A stretch of 64,000 nucleotides of DNA from Methanobacteriota archaeon. GTDB lineage: Archaea; Thermoplasmatota; Poseidoniia; Poseidoniales; Thalassarchaeaceae. The position numbers and the translations under genes are program-made. A model generated the notes under the pieces. It saw only the letters and a list, made by a program, of their open reading frames with translations, did not search any database and was not told where the DNA came from. Below, piece by piece: positions 39,700-51,143 of this stretch. The stretch spans positions 48,142 to 112,141 of the forward strand of contig JAOMRN010000003.1 in assembly GCA_028355015.1 (NCBI GenBank), given 5' to 3'. Each line of letters opens with the position of its first letter. The first letter of the stretch is position 1.

Positions 39700-40386
39700 A
39701 TGGCAGATGTGATACTAAATTTAGTAGATATGTCTATCTTCGAAGAATTAAGTCTGATGCCGGTTCAAGATATTCTCGATGAAGTTGAAAATCAAACACT
39801 GAGAATAAAGAGGCCAGAACTCGATCAAGGTTTCCATCGTGATTTTGAGGTCGATCTAGAAGGAGATATATTAGAATGGTCAGATAGAAATCCATTATTA
39901 GATTTATCTAAGTCAATAATGGAACAAAAGATTTCTTCTGATGAGCGCGCAAAAATTGGTATTTTATTGGCTAAATGGTGTTCTAAATCCGAATGGAGAT
40001 GTTGGGAAGCCCGTCTTTTTCTTTATGTCGAACCATCGCTCCCCGAATCTATTGATGGTTCTGATGAATTCCTTGAGTTCTCTACTTGGAATAGTTTTGC
40101 AAATACTCTATCTTCAACCGACAAAAAAAGTTATTCTGAATCAGTAGTTCTTGATTGGATGAAAAGAAGAGAGAATTTAGGCGAAACAATGGATCCTTCT
40201 GATGACCCAAGAATATTACCTACTATGGAAGTTCATAAATCGGCCAGTGAGTCATTACATATTTTTTTCAATAATCTTCGCTCCGAGAAAATCAGTTTGC
40301 TCGTGGGTCGAGAATATCTAGAATCGAACCTTTGGTCAATCGATGGTATTTATTTAGTAGATAAAATGGTGATTAATTATGACTGA
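39700..40386 (+). CDS. Hypothetical protein
   Basis: 228-aa ORF overlapping nadM start. Confidence 0.6.
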   Translation: MADVILNLVDMSIFEELSLMPVQDILDEVENQTLRIKRPELDQGFHRDFEVDLEGDILEWSDRNPLLDLSKSIMEQKISSDERAKIGILLAKWCSKSEWRCWEARLFLYVEPSLPESIDGSDEFLEFSTWNSFANTLSSTDKKSYSESVVLDWMKRRENLGETMDPSDDPRILPTMEVHKSASESLHIFFNNLRSEKISLLVGREYLESNLWSIDGIYLVDKMVINYD

Positions 40387-40993
40387 ATTGCCCCTCCTAC
40401 CACCTCCTCCTAGTTCGCCAATTAGTCCAGGTTTTGTTGTTTTAGGAAGATTTCAACCGTTTCATCGTGGGCATGCGATGATGCTCGAAGAAGCTGAGAA
40501 AATACGTATTAAAAATCATCCTAATTTAAAATTAATTATAGCGATTGGATCATCTAATCGCCCTGAAACTTTACGCAACCCCTGGTCAGCTACTGAAAGA
40601 ATTGAGATGATTTCGTCTTGGCTTGAAAATGAGGCAGATTTCGACGCAGTTTTACTAGCTATACCTGATATTGAAGATCCCCCTAATTGGGTGTCTCATG
40701 CTGAGAAATATCATGGAAGCTCTGGAATATTTTTTAGTAGTGATTCTTATTCTTGTAAATTGTATGAAAAATCAGGTTGGGATATAATCTCAATGCCTCT
40801 GATAAAAAGGGATGAGTTTGAAGGCTGGAGAGTCCGAGAAACTGCTAGAATGCTTTCTACAATTCATGATAAAGACGCTATTGATACAGTATTAGGAGTT
40901 TCAACCCCTCAATCTGTTGTGAACTATCTTGTATCAAATGATTGTCTGAAGAGACTCGCTTTCTTGGGTGAAGGCGGGGAACCAGTCGGCTAA
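40379..40993 (+). CDS. nadM: Nicotinamide-nucleotide adenylyltransferase (NadM-like)
   Basis: GRFQPFHRGH, IGSS, NPWSATERIEMI, IPDI. Confidence 0.85.
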   Translation: MTELPLLPPPPSSPISPGFVVLGRFQPFHRGHAMMLEEAEKIRIKNHPNLKLIIAIGSSNRPETLRNPWSATERIEMISSWLENEADFDAVLLAIPDIEDPPNWVSHAEKYHGSSGIFFSSDSYSCKLYEKSGWDIISMPLIKRDEFEGWRVRETARMLSTIHDKDAIDTVLGVSTPQSVVNYLVSNDCLKRLAFLGEGGEPVG

Positions 40994-43096
40994 TCAGGAT
41001 CCAAGATCATCCGGGCTAAATTCACAATTACCTTCACAAGTATCGACCACTGAACCGGTTGAAAGATAATGGAATGCCATTTCTCTTGCCATAGGCAATG
41101 CTCCTATAGCGTTGTGCGCAGGGTGAGGTTCTTGCCCATATTCATTACCTTCAGGAGCATGCATATAGCCCCCGTCAAAGAAAACACCCACTGAACCCAC
41201 ATGTCCCTCTTCAACAATACTTATTCCATATGGGGTGATTGTTGATGAGTTAAGTAGTGGTATTCCTCCTGTTCTCATCATTCTTGATGATGAAATGTTG
41301 GATATCTGTAAATCAGTTATAGAAAATAAAGTCATTAAATTAAATGGTTCTATTTGATCTAAATATCCCTCTTCTCTGAGACTTAGGTATGTGTCTGTCT
41401 CAGTAGAATCCCATAATGATTGCATTATAGACATTGCAACCGCTCGATCTAGTTGGTTTTCATAGCCATATTCGCTAGCAAAAATAAAGTGAAATTTGTC
41501 ATATTGCGTACATCTCTCAATAATATGTGAGAAAGAGGATCCTCCGGCCCACAGTACTCCTTTATCTAAATCAGGAGAAAGAGCAATTATCGAAGGTCCT
41601 CTTAATGCTCCATTTGAATATCCAGTATAGGTTGGATTAGTCGTATCTACTAACTTAGTCCCATCTTCTGAATAATATTCAGTTAAATCGGAGCAAATTC
41701 CAGTGAAGGTTTTTATCATGACTACTTGATTTATCATAGCTTGTTCTAATCTTTCGGCTTGATGTTGGAAGTATTGCATATTCAGAACTGCATACTCTAT
41801 GCTTGTGAAATCATCATCTGCCCAGCCATAAAAACTAGTACCTATCATTGCAATATTATTTTCATTTGCCCACCCGCTCAAACCAGAGGTATTTCCATTC
41901 CCTAGGAATCCATGCCCCCAGACTGTTAGATTAGCAGGTCCTTGTTCTGTTGCCGAATTTGGTATTACTAACCAGAAAGGGATTTCTCTATTTTCAACAA
42001 AGACTGGAGTCCTATCATCTATTGATGTTCTTCTTATGAGTGCTGGCGGAAAGAATGATTCAGTATATTGTGGCGTTGTAAATGTACCAGTCATCAACCA
42101 ATGGCTTCTATTTCCTTCCTCATCGAAAACCTCCGTATTTGATTCTACTGTGCATCCTATTCCATCTCCTATTCTTTCTAAAGCATCATTTCTCATTGAA
42201 AGTAATGGCCCGATCATTGATTCGGTTGAAGAGGTATGGAACTCCCAAGCAGTTTGAAGCTCACTTACTGAGATGTCAGAATTAGATTCTATCCAAGAGA
42301 ATAAGTTTTGAAACTCTGCTCTTCTATTTTCAATATCCGGCGACGAAGTAAGTTGTTGATATTTTATTGCAGCAAAACCTTCTGGAGTGGGGACCAATTC
42401 TCCAACTTGGTCAGTTAATCCAGATATTATTACAACATAAGGTGTATTATGTTCCAATGCTTCAATTGTTCTGATATGAAATATAGTTGGCTGGTCGATT
42501 TCAGATCTTATGTCAAGTTCTACCCAATGTGCAACCAATTCTCCAGTTAATTTATTCATTAAAATTGTAGGATGCCCGCTTTCTAGGCTTTTAGAAATAC
42601 TATACTGTCCTGCTAGTTCTGATACATCAGGGTCTACTGTAAAAGCAGTCATAATTTGTGTATTTGGGCTAACTCCGTCTATCTGATTAAGTATTGGAAC
42701 TTCTATTGGGCTAACAGTACCTGAACTAGGTATCGTGTTTGAAGAATAATGAATTCTTTTACCAGTAACCGTATTAGGGTCATTAATCAGAAACGCATCA
42801 GAAGGAAAGGGGAGCATACAATGTATTGAATTTGTATTGTCACATCCATCAATATGTGGTATTTCAAGTATTTCGATAGGTTCCTCATAGTAACAACTTT
42901 GATCATTTATTGTAGCATTTTCATTGAAATTTAATGCATCTGCATCAGTACATCCTAAAATTTCGAAAACTCCATCAGTCACCTCATCATTTACTACTGT
43001 ACATCCGGAAAGTACCATGGAAATACACAATAAAATTGCAATTTTAGATTTAGAATCTACCGTCATTATATTGTTGGGGTTCACGAAGGTTATCAA
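40994..43096 (-). CDS. Secreted lipoprotein, alpha/beta-hydrolase-like
   Basis: LSGC lipobox, LPFPSD, WGHGFLG, GYSNG nucleophile elbow, C-terminal His. Confidence 0.7.
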   Translation of the reverse strand: MITFVNPNNIMTVDSKSKIAILLCISMVLSGCTVVNDEVTDGVFEILGCTDADALNFNENATINDQSCYYEEPIEILEIPHIDGCDNTNSIHCMLPFPSDAFLINDPNTVTGKRIHYSSNTIPSSGTVSPIEVPILNQIDGVSPNTQIMTAFTVDPDVSELAGQYSISKSLESGHPTILMNKLTGELVAHWVELDIRSEIDQPTIFHIRTIEALEHNTPYVVIISGLTDQVGELVPTPEGFAAIKYQQLTSSPDIENRRAEFQNLFSWIESNSDISVSELQTAWEFHTSSTESMIGPLLSMRNDALERIGDGIGCTVESNTEVFDEEGNRSHWLMTGTFTTPQYTESFFPPALIRRTSIDDRTPVFVENREIPFWLVIPNSATEQGPANLTVWGHGFLGNGNTSGLSGWANENNIAMIGTSFYGWADDDFTSIEYAVLNMQYFQHQAERLEQAMINQVVMIKTFTGICSDLTEYYSEDGTKLVDTTNPTYTGYSNGALRGPSIIALSPDLDKGVLWAGGSSFSHIIERCTQYDKFHFIFASEYGYENQLDRAVAMSIMQSLWDSTETDTYLSLREEGYLDQIEPFNLMTLFSITDLQISNISSSRMMRTGGIPLLNSSTITPYGISIVEEGHVGSVGVFFDGGYMHAPEGNEYGQEPHPAHNAIGALPMAREMAFHYLSTGSVVDTCEGNCEFSPDDLGS

Positions 43097-43098
43097 TA

Positions 43099-43614
43099 CT
43101 ATTGTTCCGTAACAATCACTTTAGCAGGTCTTAAAACTCGGTCATGGAACATGTATCCTTCTTCAATTACCTCAATTATCACTCCCGGTTGTTCATCATT
43201 TGGCGCTGGTATTGCTGCTATTGCTTCCATGAACGCTGGATCAAATTCTTTACCCAATGCTTCAATTCTTACTATGCCTTCATTTTGTAAAGTATTCTTG
43301 AGCCTCTCTAGAGTCATATCAACTCCTTTTATGATCTTCTCTGGATCATTATTTTCAATTGCCAATGCTTTTTCCAAATTATCAACTACAGGTAGTATAT
43401 TGGATGCTAAATTCATCCCCGCGAATTTCACTAATGTATTTCTTTCTCTAGCATATCGTTGCCTTAAATTGATAATTTCTGCGGCATTATACTGTTTTTC
43501 TGTTTCTAAATCTAGAACTTTTTCTTCGAGTATTTTTAGAGGATTAATTTCTTCCTCATCAAGAGTGGCTTCTTCTGGTTTTTCATCCACTTGCTCCTCG
43601 CCTTCGTCAGTCAT
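43099..43614 (-). CDS. grpE: Nucleotide exchange factor GrpE
   Basis: LPVVDNLEKAL, FDP, EGY..DRVLRPAKV. Confidence 0.93.
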   Translation of the reverse strand: MTDEGEEQVDEKPEEATLDEEEINPLKILEEKVLDLETEKQYNAAEIINLRQRYARERNTLVKFAGMNLASNILPVVDNLEKALAIENNDPEKIIKGVDMTLERLKNTLQNEGIVRIEALGKEFDPAFMEAIAAIPAPNDEQPGVIIEVIEEGYMFHDRVLRPAKVIVTEQ

Positions 43615-43658
43615 GACCTTGGGTTTCAAACATCATTCAAGAATCCAATGGTCTTATG

Positions 43659-45437
43659 TTATTCGATATAGAAGTATTCGCCTGCAATTTTTTGCTCTCT
43701 ATCTTTACGACTATCTGGTTTGTTTATTCGCGGCCTATGTGACTCATGATCTCTTCTAAATGTGATATTTACATCTTCAAGGAATTTATTCATGCCTTTT
43801 CTGAGACTTAATGGGCCCACTGCATTTCCAACCTTTCCGCCTTCTCCGTCGAAAACTAGCAGTGAATCGCTGACAATATCTATGAAATAGATGTCGTGAT
43901 CAATTACCATAGCCGCTTTTTCATTACTTTCCATGGTTCTTCTTATTGCCTTAGCGGCTTCCATCCTTGCATTTGCATCGAGGTGAGCACTTGGTTCATC
44001 AAGAAGATACAAATCAGCTTCTTTCCCTAAGCAGATGGCTATACTTACCGCTTGCAATTCTCCTCCTGAGAGTTTTTTAGCCTTAAGTTCCAATAATTGG
44101 TCGACTTGCAATGGTCTGACTACTTGAGTATGGAATTCACCGGTTCTCCATTTATTCCCTAATTCTGTATTAAGCCAATCTTCGACACTTCCTTCGAAAT
44201 CTGTATTGACATGTTGAGGCTTATACGAAACCTTTGCTTCCATGGTACACCATCCTTGATCCGGCTCAATTTCACCAGCAATCATTTTCACCATGGTAGT
44301 CTTTCCTGTAGCATTAGGTCCTACTACTCCAACAACTTCTGCGCTTCTGACCATGCCTTGCCCTGTCTTGAGTTTAAAATCCCCAAGGGTTTTTTCCATA
44401 TCTCCCCATTTTAAAATTGGGAGTCCAACTTCTTCTCCTCTCACTCTTCCGCGCAAAAATTGTATTGGTTTATCTCTAATTCTAACATTTTCTTCTGGTA
44501 AGAAACCTTCTAAATATGCATTTATAGCACTTCTTGTCGATCTTGCAGGAGTGAATATACCGTATGCTGCACGCTCACCATATACTACATGCAGAAGGTC
44601 ACATAATACATCTAATATTGCCAAGTCGTGTTCTACTACAATCACTCTCTTACCCATTTCAGCTAGATTTTGTATGATTTTAACAATTCTCATACGTTCA
44701 TGTATGTCAAGGTAAGATGATGGTTCATCGAAGAAATATACTTCTGCTTCCTTCAACATTGTAGCACAAATAGCAACTCTCTGTAATTCTCCTCCCGATA
44801 ATTGCCCTATATTTCTATCTAATATGTGATTAATTGCTAATAACTCTGTATATTCTTTGAGTTCTCCTCTATCATCTACTCTTTCTAATAATTCTCTAGC
44901 ATTACCATCAAATATTTTTGGTAATTTATCTATATATTGCGGTTTTACAGCAATCTTTACACTATCTTCAGCTACAAGTTTCAAGTAATCTCTTAGCTCT
45001 CCTCTAGGAAATGAATCAATTATTTCATTCCAATCTAAAGAACTGATAGTCCAATCGCCTAAATTTGGTTTTATTGAACCAGAAAGAAGATTTATTGCAG
45101 TGGATTTCCCCATTCCATTAGGCCCTAGAATACCCACAACTTGTTTTTCTCTAGGCGCCGGAAGTCTAAACAGTCTAAACCCATTTTGATCATAACGATG
45201 AGTCATTTCCCCATCTAATTCTTCAGGGAGATTTGTGATTATTAATGCATCAAATGGGCATTTAGTAACACAAATCCCACACCCTATACAGAGAGGTTCA
45301 GAAACAATTGGTTTCCCACTAGAGTCATCAAGAATTATACATTCTATCCCGTTACGTACCGGTGGGCAAAAAGCCCAGCATTCTGCATTACATTTCTCAG
45401 GGCTGCACCGGTCTTCAAGAAGTACAGCCACCCTCAT
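43659..45437 (-). CDS. Ribosome recycling ATPase ABCE1/RLI
   Basis: N-terminal Fe-S Cys motifs (CIGCGICVTKCPF), two NBDs with LSGGELQ, RPRINK. Confidence 0.97.
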   Translation of the reverse strand: MRVAVLLEDRCSPEKCNAECWAFCPPVRNGIECIILDDSSGKPIVSEPLCIGCGICVTKCPFDALIITNLPEELDGEMTHRYDQNGFRLFRLPAPREKQVVGILGPNGMGKSTAINLLSGSIKPNLGDWTISSLDWNEIIDSFPRGELRDYLKLVAEDSVKIAVKPQYIDKLPKIFDGNARELLERVDDRGELKEYTELLAINHILDRNIGQLSGGELQRVAICATMLKEAEVYFFDEPSSYLDIHERMRIVKIIQNLAEMGKRVIVVEHDLAILDVLCDLLHVVYGERAAYGIFTPARSTRSAINAYLEGFLPEENVRIRDKPIQFLRGRVRGEEVGLPILKWGDMEKTLGDFKLKTGQGMVRSAEVVGVVGPNATGKTTMVKMIAGEIEPDQGWCTMEAKVSYKPQHVNTDFEGSVEDWLNTELGNKWRTGEFHTQVVRPLQVDQLLELKAKKLSGGELQAVSIAICLGKEADLYLLDEPSAHLDANARMEAAKAIRRTMESNEKAAMVIDHDIYFIDIVSDSLLVFDGEGGKVGNAVGPLSLRKGMNKFLEDVNITFRRDHESHRPRINKPDSRKDREQKIAGEYFYIE

Positions 45438-45505
45438 AATGTCATCTCACTATTATTCTACTCAATATATCTTCTATCATATAGACTATTTTTAGCCCTT
45501 TTCAA

Positions 45506-46756
45506 TCAAACAGCAAAGAAACGATATCTCACATAAATATATGCAGCCAATCCTATTTTTTCTGTTTTAGATAATTGAGTTCTCTCAGAGAATACATCTC
45601 CATCATTCTTTTCGATTTTCTTCATAATTGAATGATAAAACGTTGTCATTGCTGCAGGAGAATATCTACTTGACTTATCTAGTAAAGAAAATAGCTTCAA
45701 TCCTCTTTCTCTATATTTATCTGCACGTGAAATAAATTCCGAAACAAATGGTTTCCATCCTGGGTGTTTCAAAATATCTTTCCCACTCTTCAAATCCTCT
45801 TCTGATATACCATATCTCTTCAGATCTTCTAATGGCAAATAAACGCGGTCTCTTTCAATATCTTCAGCAACATCTCTAAGAATATTCGTTAATTGCATAT
45901 AGATTCCCCAAGATTCAGCATATTCTCTTGCCCTTTTGTCATCATAACCATATATTTCTATACAAACTAGGCCTACTGTTGAAGCAACTTTGTAACAGTA
46001 CGAGTATAAATCCTCGAATGTTTCATATCTATTGCGGTGGAAGTCTTCTTCCATACCACTAATCATATCATCAAGTAATTGTCTAGAAATTCCATATTTA
46101 TTTACAGTATCTTTCAAAGCAATAAATATTGGGTCAGTTGATGTGACTTTCCCATAAGCGGTAGATAATTTCTTCCTGTAATAAAATAATTGCGACATTT
46201 TATCATTATATGACGAGCGTTCTAATACTGGTCTTCCATCGATTAATCTTTCAATTTTTGTCCTATAATCTATTGATTCTTGATTATCTTCTGACCCTCC
46301 AGGGAAATAATCAATGTAGTCTCCATCTGCAATATCATCTGCTCTTCTACAAAATGCGTAGTAAGCCATAATTGATCTACGTTCTTCCTCTGGAAGATAC
46401 TTGAATGAGTGGTAAAAATTCCCCGCTTCTCTTCTTGTTAGTTCTTCACAATAGTCGTAAGCCGAGTCGATTACTTCCTGAGGCATCGAACTTTCAGACC
46501 ATATTGCAGCATCTACATGGGTAAATGGATTTACTAATTCTCCCCGGGAGCCTATTACTCCCATGAAAACAGCTCCTTCTCTTAGAGTCTCTAGAGCTGT
46601 TATACTAATTGCATGAACTGCCTCTCTTGTCACGTTTACTGCTGTACGAACTTTCTCAATAGGTGCTGAATCTGAATCTGCATCGACAAGTGTGATACTA
46701 TTACCTAGATCGAACTCGACCTCAGTCTCAGAATCGCTAATCTGTCTCCCCGGCAT
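45506..46756 (-). CDS. Phytoene/squalene synthase family (CrtB/HpnD-like) with N-terminal extension
   Basis: YAFCRRADDIAD, YCYKVASTVG, QLTNILRDVAED, RVYLP. Confidence 0.88.
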   Translation of the reverse strand: MPGRQISDSETEVEFDLGNSITLVDADSDSAPIEKVRTAVNVTREAVHAISITALETLREGAVFMGVIGSRGELVNPFTHVDAAIWSESSMPQEVIDSAYDYCEELTRREAGNFYHSFKYLPEEERRSIMAYYAFCRRADDIADGDYIDYFPGGSEDNQESIDYRTKIERLIDGRPVLERSSYNDKMSQLFYYRKKLSTAYGKVTSTDPIFIALKDTVNKYGISRQLLDDMISGMEEDFHRNRYETFEDLYSYCYKVASTVGLVCIEIYGYDDKRAREYAESWGIYMQLTNILRDVAEDIERDRVYLPLEDLKRYGISEEDLKSGKDILKHPGWKPFVSEFISRADKYRERGLKLFSLLDKSSRYSPAAMTTFYHSIMKKIEKNDGDVFSERTQLSKTEKIGLAAYIYVRYRFFAV

Positions 46757-46830
46757 ACTACTCTCGTCTCGAGCCCAATTGATTTGTTCTTGAACCTCAC
46801 GCTAGATTGATTAAATCATAAACCGGCAAT

Positions 46831-47877
46831 TCAAGACATTTTTTTTGGATTTTTCCTACTAATACATAGCCAAATTGATTTTCTCATAATTTTCTTTATT
46901 TCTGGCCTTAAAACTTTTATTCTGTTATTTGCATCTAAAATATTCCCTTCCTTCAGGAGAACTAATGTTCTCTGACCAATTAGGATTGGCAACATACAAG
47001 ATAAACGAAGCCGATATTGATTTTTAGGTAACATCTCTATCCATTCGACAGCATTATCTAGATAAGTCTCCGCTCTTTCTAAATATAAATCAAATAAAGG
47101 TTTGAATTTGTCAATATTTTTAGAATTTAATAAATCTTCAGCGGTTAATTGGTATTCTCTAAGTGTATCTTGAGGAATGTAACATCTACCCATTAGTAAA
47201 TCTTCAGGCAAATCTCTCAAGATATTTATTAATTGTAATGACTTACCAAATTTTACTGCTTTTTCAAATAGAATATCTTTTTTCCCTTCATCTATTTGAA
47301 AAAGATGATCGAGTGACATGTGTGTCCAAAATTCTCCTACGCAACCTGCAACTCTGTATGTATAATCGTCTAATTGAGCTTCATTTTCAAGTGATATAAT
47401 TTGCTCTCCTGATGCATCATTAAATCGCTCTAAGTCTAATATTTGCCCACTAATAATTATTCCTAGACAGGTTCTTATTTTTTCTCTATCAGAATCCGTA
47501 ATTTTATCACTTTTTTCTAAGTAGTTCACAGGTATCATTGTATTTGATAATAATTCTGCCTCAGCCCCATTCTCCTGTATCTTCGCTAATGACGTAAAAT
47601 CAGGCAACCCTTTATTTGAGTCTTGAATTCTAGTGTTATATTCCTTTAGACCTTGAAGTAGAACTTTATTTTCACCAACTTTTGAGTCAGCAATGGTGTC
47701 GGCTAAACGAGCCAATATGTAGAGTAAACCGATATGCCTTCGTATTTTCTTTGGAAGTACTTTCAGGCTTAAAAAGAATGAACGAGACGTACCTTCAAGA
47801 AGAGAATCTATCTTTTTTTCCGATACGCTAATGCTTAGCATATCTTCTCCCATGGGCTTTGAGATAATACTCGACAT
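46831..47877 (-). CDS. Squalene/phytoene synthase family (SQS/FDFT-like)
   Basis: TSRSF, YILARLADTIAD, YTYRVAGCVGEFWT, QLINILRD, RCYIP. Confidence 0.88.
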   Translation of the reverse strand: MSSIISKPMGEDMLSISVSEKKIDSLLEGTSRSFFLSLKVLPKKIRRHIGLLYILARLADTIADSKVGENKVLLQGLKEYNTRIQDSNKGLPDFTSLAKIQENGAEAELLSNTMIPVNYLEKSDKITDSDREKIRTCLGIIISGQILDLERFNDASGEQIISLENEAQLDDYTYRVAGCVGEFWTHMSLDHLFQIDEGKKDILFEKAVKFGKSLQLINILRDLPEDLLMGRCYIPQDTLREYQLTAEDLLNSKNIDKFKPLFDLYLERAETYLDNAVEWIEMLPKNQYRLRLSCMLPILIGQRTLVLLKEGNILDANNRIKVLRPEIKKIMRKSIWLCISRKNPKKMS

Positions 47878-47899
47878 CTAAGACTCTCGCTTTTATAAT

Positions 47900-48820
47900 T
47901 CATCTTAATCCGGCATCTTTTAGGGCTTTGACTAATACATTTCCAATTTCTGAAGGGTCTCTTGCAACATAAATTCCTGCTTTCTCAAAGGCAGCAAACT
48001 TTTCCTCAGCAGTACCTTTTCCACCTGATATTATAGCACCTGCATGGCCCATTCTTTTCCCGGGTGGTGCAGTTGAACCTGCTACAAAACCTACGATTGG
48101 TTTACTCATATTTTTTGATGCCCATTCTGCGGCTTCTTCCTCAGCAGAACCACCGATTTCGCCAATCATCACGATTGCTTCAGTTTGGGGGTCCGCCTCA
48201 AAAGCTGATAAACAATCGATAAAACCGGTACCATTAACTGGGTCCCCTCCGATTCCTACGCATGTAGATTGGCCCTCATTAACACTCATTGTCTGTGCTA
48301 CTGCTTCATAAGTCAAGGTGCCTGATTTTGAAACGATTCCAATTCTTCCTTTAGCATGGATGAATCCTGGCATAATACCAACTTTACAGCCACCATTGTC
48401 CCCTGGAGTTATTATCCCAGGGCAATTAGGCCCTATTAGTCTTACATTGGGATATCCATCCACTTTAGCAACTGCTCTAATCATGTCTAAAATCGGAATC
48501 CCTTCTGTAATACATACAATTAGTCCTCCTCCATTTTCATCAAAAGCATCAGCTGCCTCAATTATTGCCGCAGCAGCGAATTTAGCAGGGACATATATCA
48601 CACTTACATCTGCATTAGTATTCTCAAGCCCTTCAGATACCGTATTGAAAACAGGGACATTTTTATTTGGTAATTCTACTATTTGCCCGCCTTTACCTGG
48701 AGTAACTCCTCCTACTACATTTGTTTGGTATTCGTCCATCATTGTACCATGGAAAGTTCCTTGTTTACCGGTAATTCCTTGAATCAATACTTTGCTATCC
48801 TCATGGATCCAAATTGACAT
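47900..48820 (-). CDS. sucD: Succinyl-CoA ligase alpha subunit
   Basis: [22 protein letters not shown]. Confidence 0.97.
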   Translation of the reverse strand: MSIWIHEDSKVLIQGITGKQGTFHGTMMDEYQTNVVGGVTPGKGGQIVELPNKNVPVFNTVSEGLENTNADVSVIYVPAKFAAAAIIEAADAFDENGGGLIVCITEGIPILDMIRAVAKVDGYPNVRLIGPNCPGIITPGDNGGCKVGIMPGFIHAKGRIGIVSKSGTLTYEAVAQTMSVNEGQSTCVGIGGDPVNGTGFIDCLSAFEADPQTEAIVMIGEIGGSAEEEAAEWASKNMSKPIVGFVAGSTAPPGKRMGHAGAIISGGKGTAEEKFAAFEKAGIYVARDPSEIGNVLVKALKDAGLR

Positions 48821-50037
48821 TATTCTTCACCTCTTGTTAATTCTACAATTTTAGCAGCACCTTCTGACAAAGTGCTTGCAGTATGTACATCCAAATCACA
48901 ATTATCTAGGACTAATTTACCTTCAACATGATTAGTTCCAGAAAATCGGACTACTAATGGTACTTCTAAACCAAGTTCATTAGATGCTTCTATTACGCTC
49001 CTAGCAACCATGTCACATTGGATTATACCTCCAAAGATATTAACTAAAATCCCCTCTACATTATCGTCTTCAAGTATTATTCCAAATGCAGTTGTTATTG
49101 ATTCTCTTGTTGCTCCCCCTCCTATATCTAGGAAGTTTGCTGGTTCTCCTCCATACAGTTTGATTACATCCATTGATGCCATTGCAAGTCCAGCACCATT
49201 AACTAAGCAACCAATATTCCCATCCAATTTAACATAAGACAATCCATGTTCATGTGCTCTTATTTCAACTTCTTCTTCTTCCGAATGATCTCTCATTTCA
49301 TCCATCCAGGGATGTCTGTATGACGCATTATCATCAAAACTAACTTTTGCATCCAATGCAATCATTTCTCCTGATTCCGATCGTACTAGTGGGTTAATCT
49401 CTATCATTGAGCAATCTCTCTCTACAAACATATTCGATAAGGAAATAAGCATAGATACTAAATCACTCTTAGAACCTCCAGAAAGGCCTAGTTTTTCAGC
49501 CATTTTTTCTGCATCTTTTTCATTTAATCCATCCACGGGGTGTGTCCAAATTTTGTGTATAGCATCGGGTGTATTTTCAGCTACCTCTTCAATATCTACT
49601 CCACCTTCTGTTGAAGCCATAATAAGCACGGATTTTGCCTCTCTATCCACTAGAAGTGCGAGATAATATTCATGTGCAATCGAACAACCTGCTTCTATGT
49701 ATAAATTGTTTACTATTTTTCCTTCAGGCCCGGTTTGTTTAGTGACTAGTTTTCTACCAATTATATTACTGGAATATGTCTCCACGTCATCTCTAGAAAA
49801 TGCAATCTTCACACCGCCTTCCATGACTAGATCTCCTGTCTTTTGATCATAAAGATTGCCTTTCCCACGCCCTCCTGCGTGAATTTGTGACTTCACAGCA
49901 ACTACTTTTGAATCTAAATTATCATATGCGGAGAGTGCTTCTACAACGGTTTTACAATGTATTCCATTCTGTACTTTTACTCCCGCTTGTTTAAACAAAG
50001 TTTTACCTTGATATTCGTGAATATTCATATTTCTCAT
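48820..50037 (-). CDS. sucC: Succinyl-CoA ligase beta subunit
   Basis: [33 protein letters not shown]. Confidence 0.97.
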   Translation of the reverse strand: MRNMNIHEYQGKTLFKQAGVKVQNGIHCKTVVEALSAYDNLDSKVVAVKSQIHAGGRGKGNLYDQKTGDLVMEGGVKIAFSRDDVETYSSNIIGRKLVTKQTGPEGKIVNNLYIEAGCSIAHEYYLALLVDREAKSVLIMASTEGGVDIEEVAENTPDAIHKIWTHPVDGLNEKDAEKMAEKLGLSGGSKSDLVSMLISLSNMFVERDCSMIEINPLVRSESGEMIALDAKVSFDDNASYRHPWMDEMRDHSEEEEVEIRAHEHGLSYVKLDGNIGCLVNGAGLAMASMDVIKLYGGEPANFLDIGGGATRESITTAFGIILEDDNVEGILVNIFGGIIQCDMVARSVIEASNELGLEVPLVVRFSGTNHVEGKLVLDNCDLDVHTASTLSEGAAKIVELTRGEE

Positions 50038-50132
50038 GCCTCGGAAACGAACTCGCTCTTTGAACGATGCGCCTATACAGGTTCAAATCTCAGACACGAA
50101 GTCCTGAAATGAATTGTCATATCCGCTAGGGT

Positions 50133-51101
50133 ATGGACGTAGTAGTTCTAGCAGGTGGTTTTGGGACTAGGTTAAGGCCTTGGACTGAAGGAAGGGCTAA
50201 ACCTTTACTTCCTGTTTTGGATAAAACACTACTCGAGAGAGTTGTTGAATGTGTACCTAATGAATTAATTGACAGGGTTGTAATTGCAGCAGGATATAGT
50301 ATCGCTGAAATGGAACAGTTCTTCAGTTCTAGTAATCTTCCTTATGATGTAATTATTTCAGTTGAAGACAGTCCATTAGGCACTGGAGGCGCCATAGCGA
50401 AATCTCTTGAACATCTGAATGGAGATGGTCCGGTTTTGATTCTCAATGGCGATTTAGTATCCAGCGTTGATGTCAATCAATTATTGAATTTCCATCAAGA
50501 AAAAAACGCATCAATAACACTTTCACTTTGGCATGTTGATGACCCAAGCCGATTTGGAGTATGTGGTCTTGATGAGTCAGGAATGATTACTCGGTTTCAA
50601 GAAAAGCCAGAACCAGGTACTGAATTTTCTAATCTAATCAATGCAGGCTGCTATCTTATTGAAAGAGATGTACTTGAATCTCTTTCTTTAAAAAAACATA
50701 GTATGGAGAGAGAAGTGTTCCCATTGATTGCAGATAAGGGAAAAATGGCAGGACTTGAATTTCAAGGATACTTTGTCGATGCTGGAACTCCTACTTCATT
50801 TATTGAAGCCACACAAGTTTGCATTTCTAATCTAAAATTCAAACTTGGTGCTATCGATGATAATAACAATTGGTTCCTTGATCAAGAATTCATAGATGAT
50901 TCTTATCGGATAACTGGTTCATCTGTTTCAAGTAATGTATCTATAGGAGATGGTTGTGAAATTGTTGATTGTGTGATTTTATCAGGGGCTAAAATTGGAA
51001 ATGGTTCTAAATTATATAGGTGCCTTATCGGTGAATCGAGTACAATTAATAACGACTCGAATATATCTGACAAGGTAATAGGACATCATGAAATCATCTA
51101 A
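50133..51101 (+). CDS. NDP-sugar synthase (mannose-1-phosphate guanylyltransferase-like)
   Basis: LAGGFGTRLRP, PLGTGG, FQEKP, C-terminal hexapeptide repeats. Confidence 0.88.
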   Translation: MDVVVLAGGFGTRLRPWTEGRAKPLLPVLDKTLLERVVECVPNELIDRVVIAAGYSIAEMEQFFSSSNLPYDVIISVEDSPLGTGGAIAKSLEHLNGDGPVLILNGDLVSSVDVNQLLNFHQEKNASITLSLWHVDDPSRFGVCGLDESGMITRFQEKPEPGTEFSNLINAGCYLIERDVLESLSLKKHSMEREVFPLIADKGKMAGLEFQGYFVDAGTPTSFIEATQVCISNLKFKLGAIDDNNNWFLDQEFIDDSYRITGSSVSSNVSIGDGCEIVDCVILSGAKIGNGSKLYRCLIGESSTINNDSNISDKVIGHHEII

Positions 51102-51143
51102 TTTATCCGTTATTGTCATATCAGTTTGATGTCTCCGAGATTC

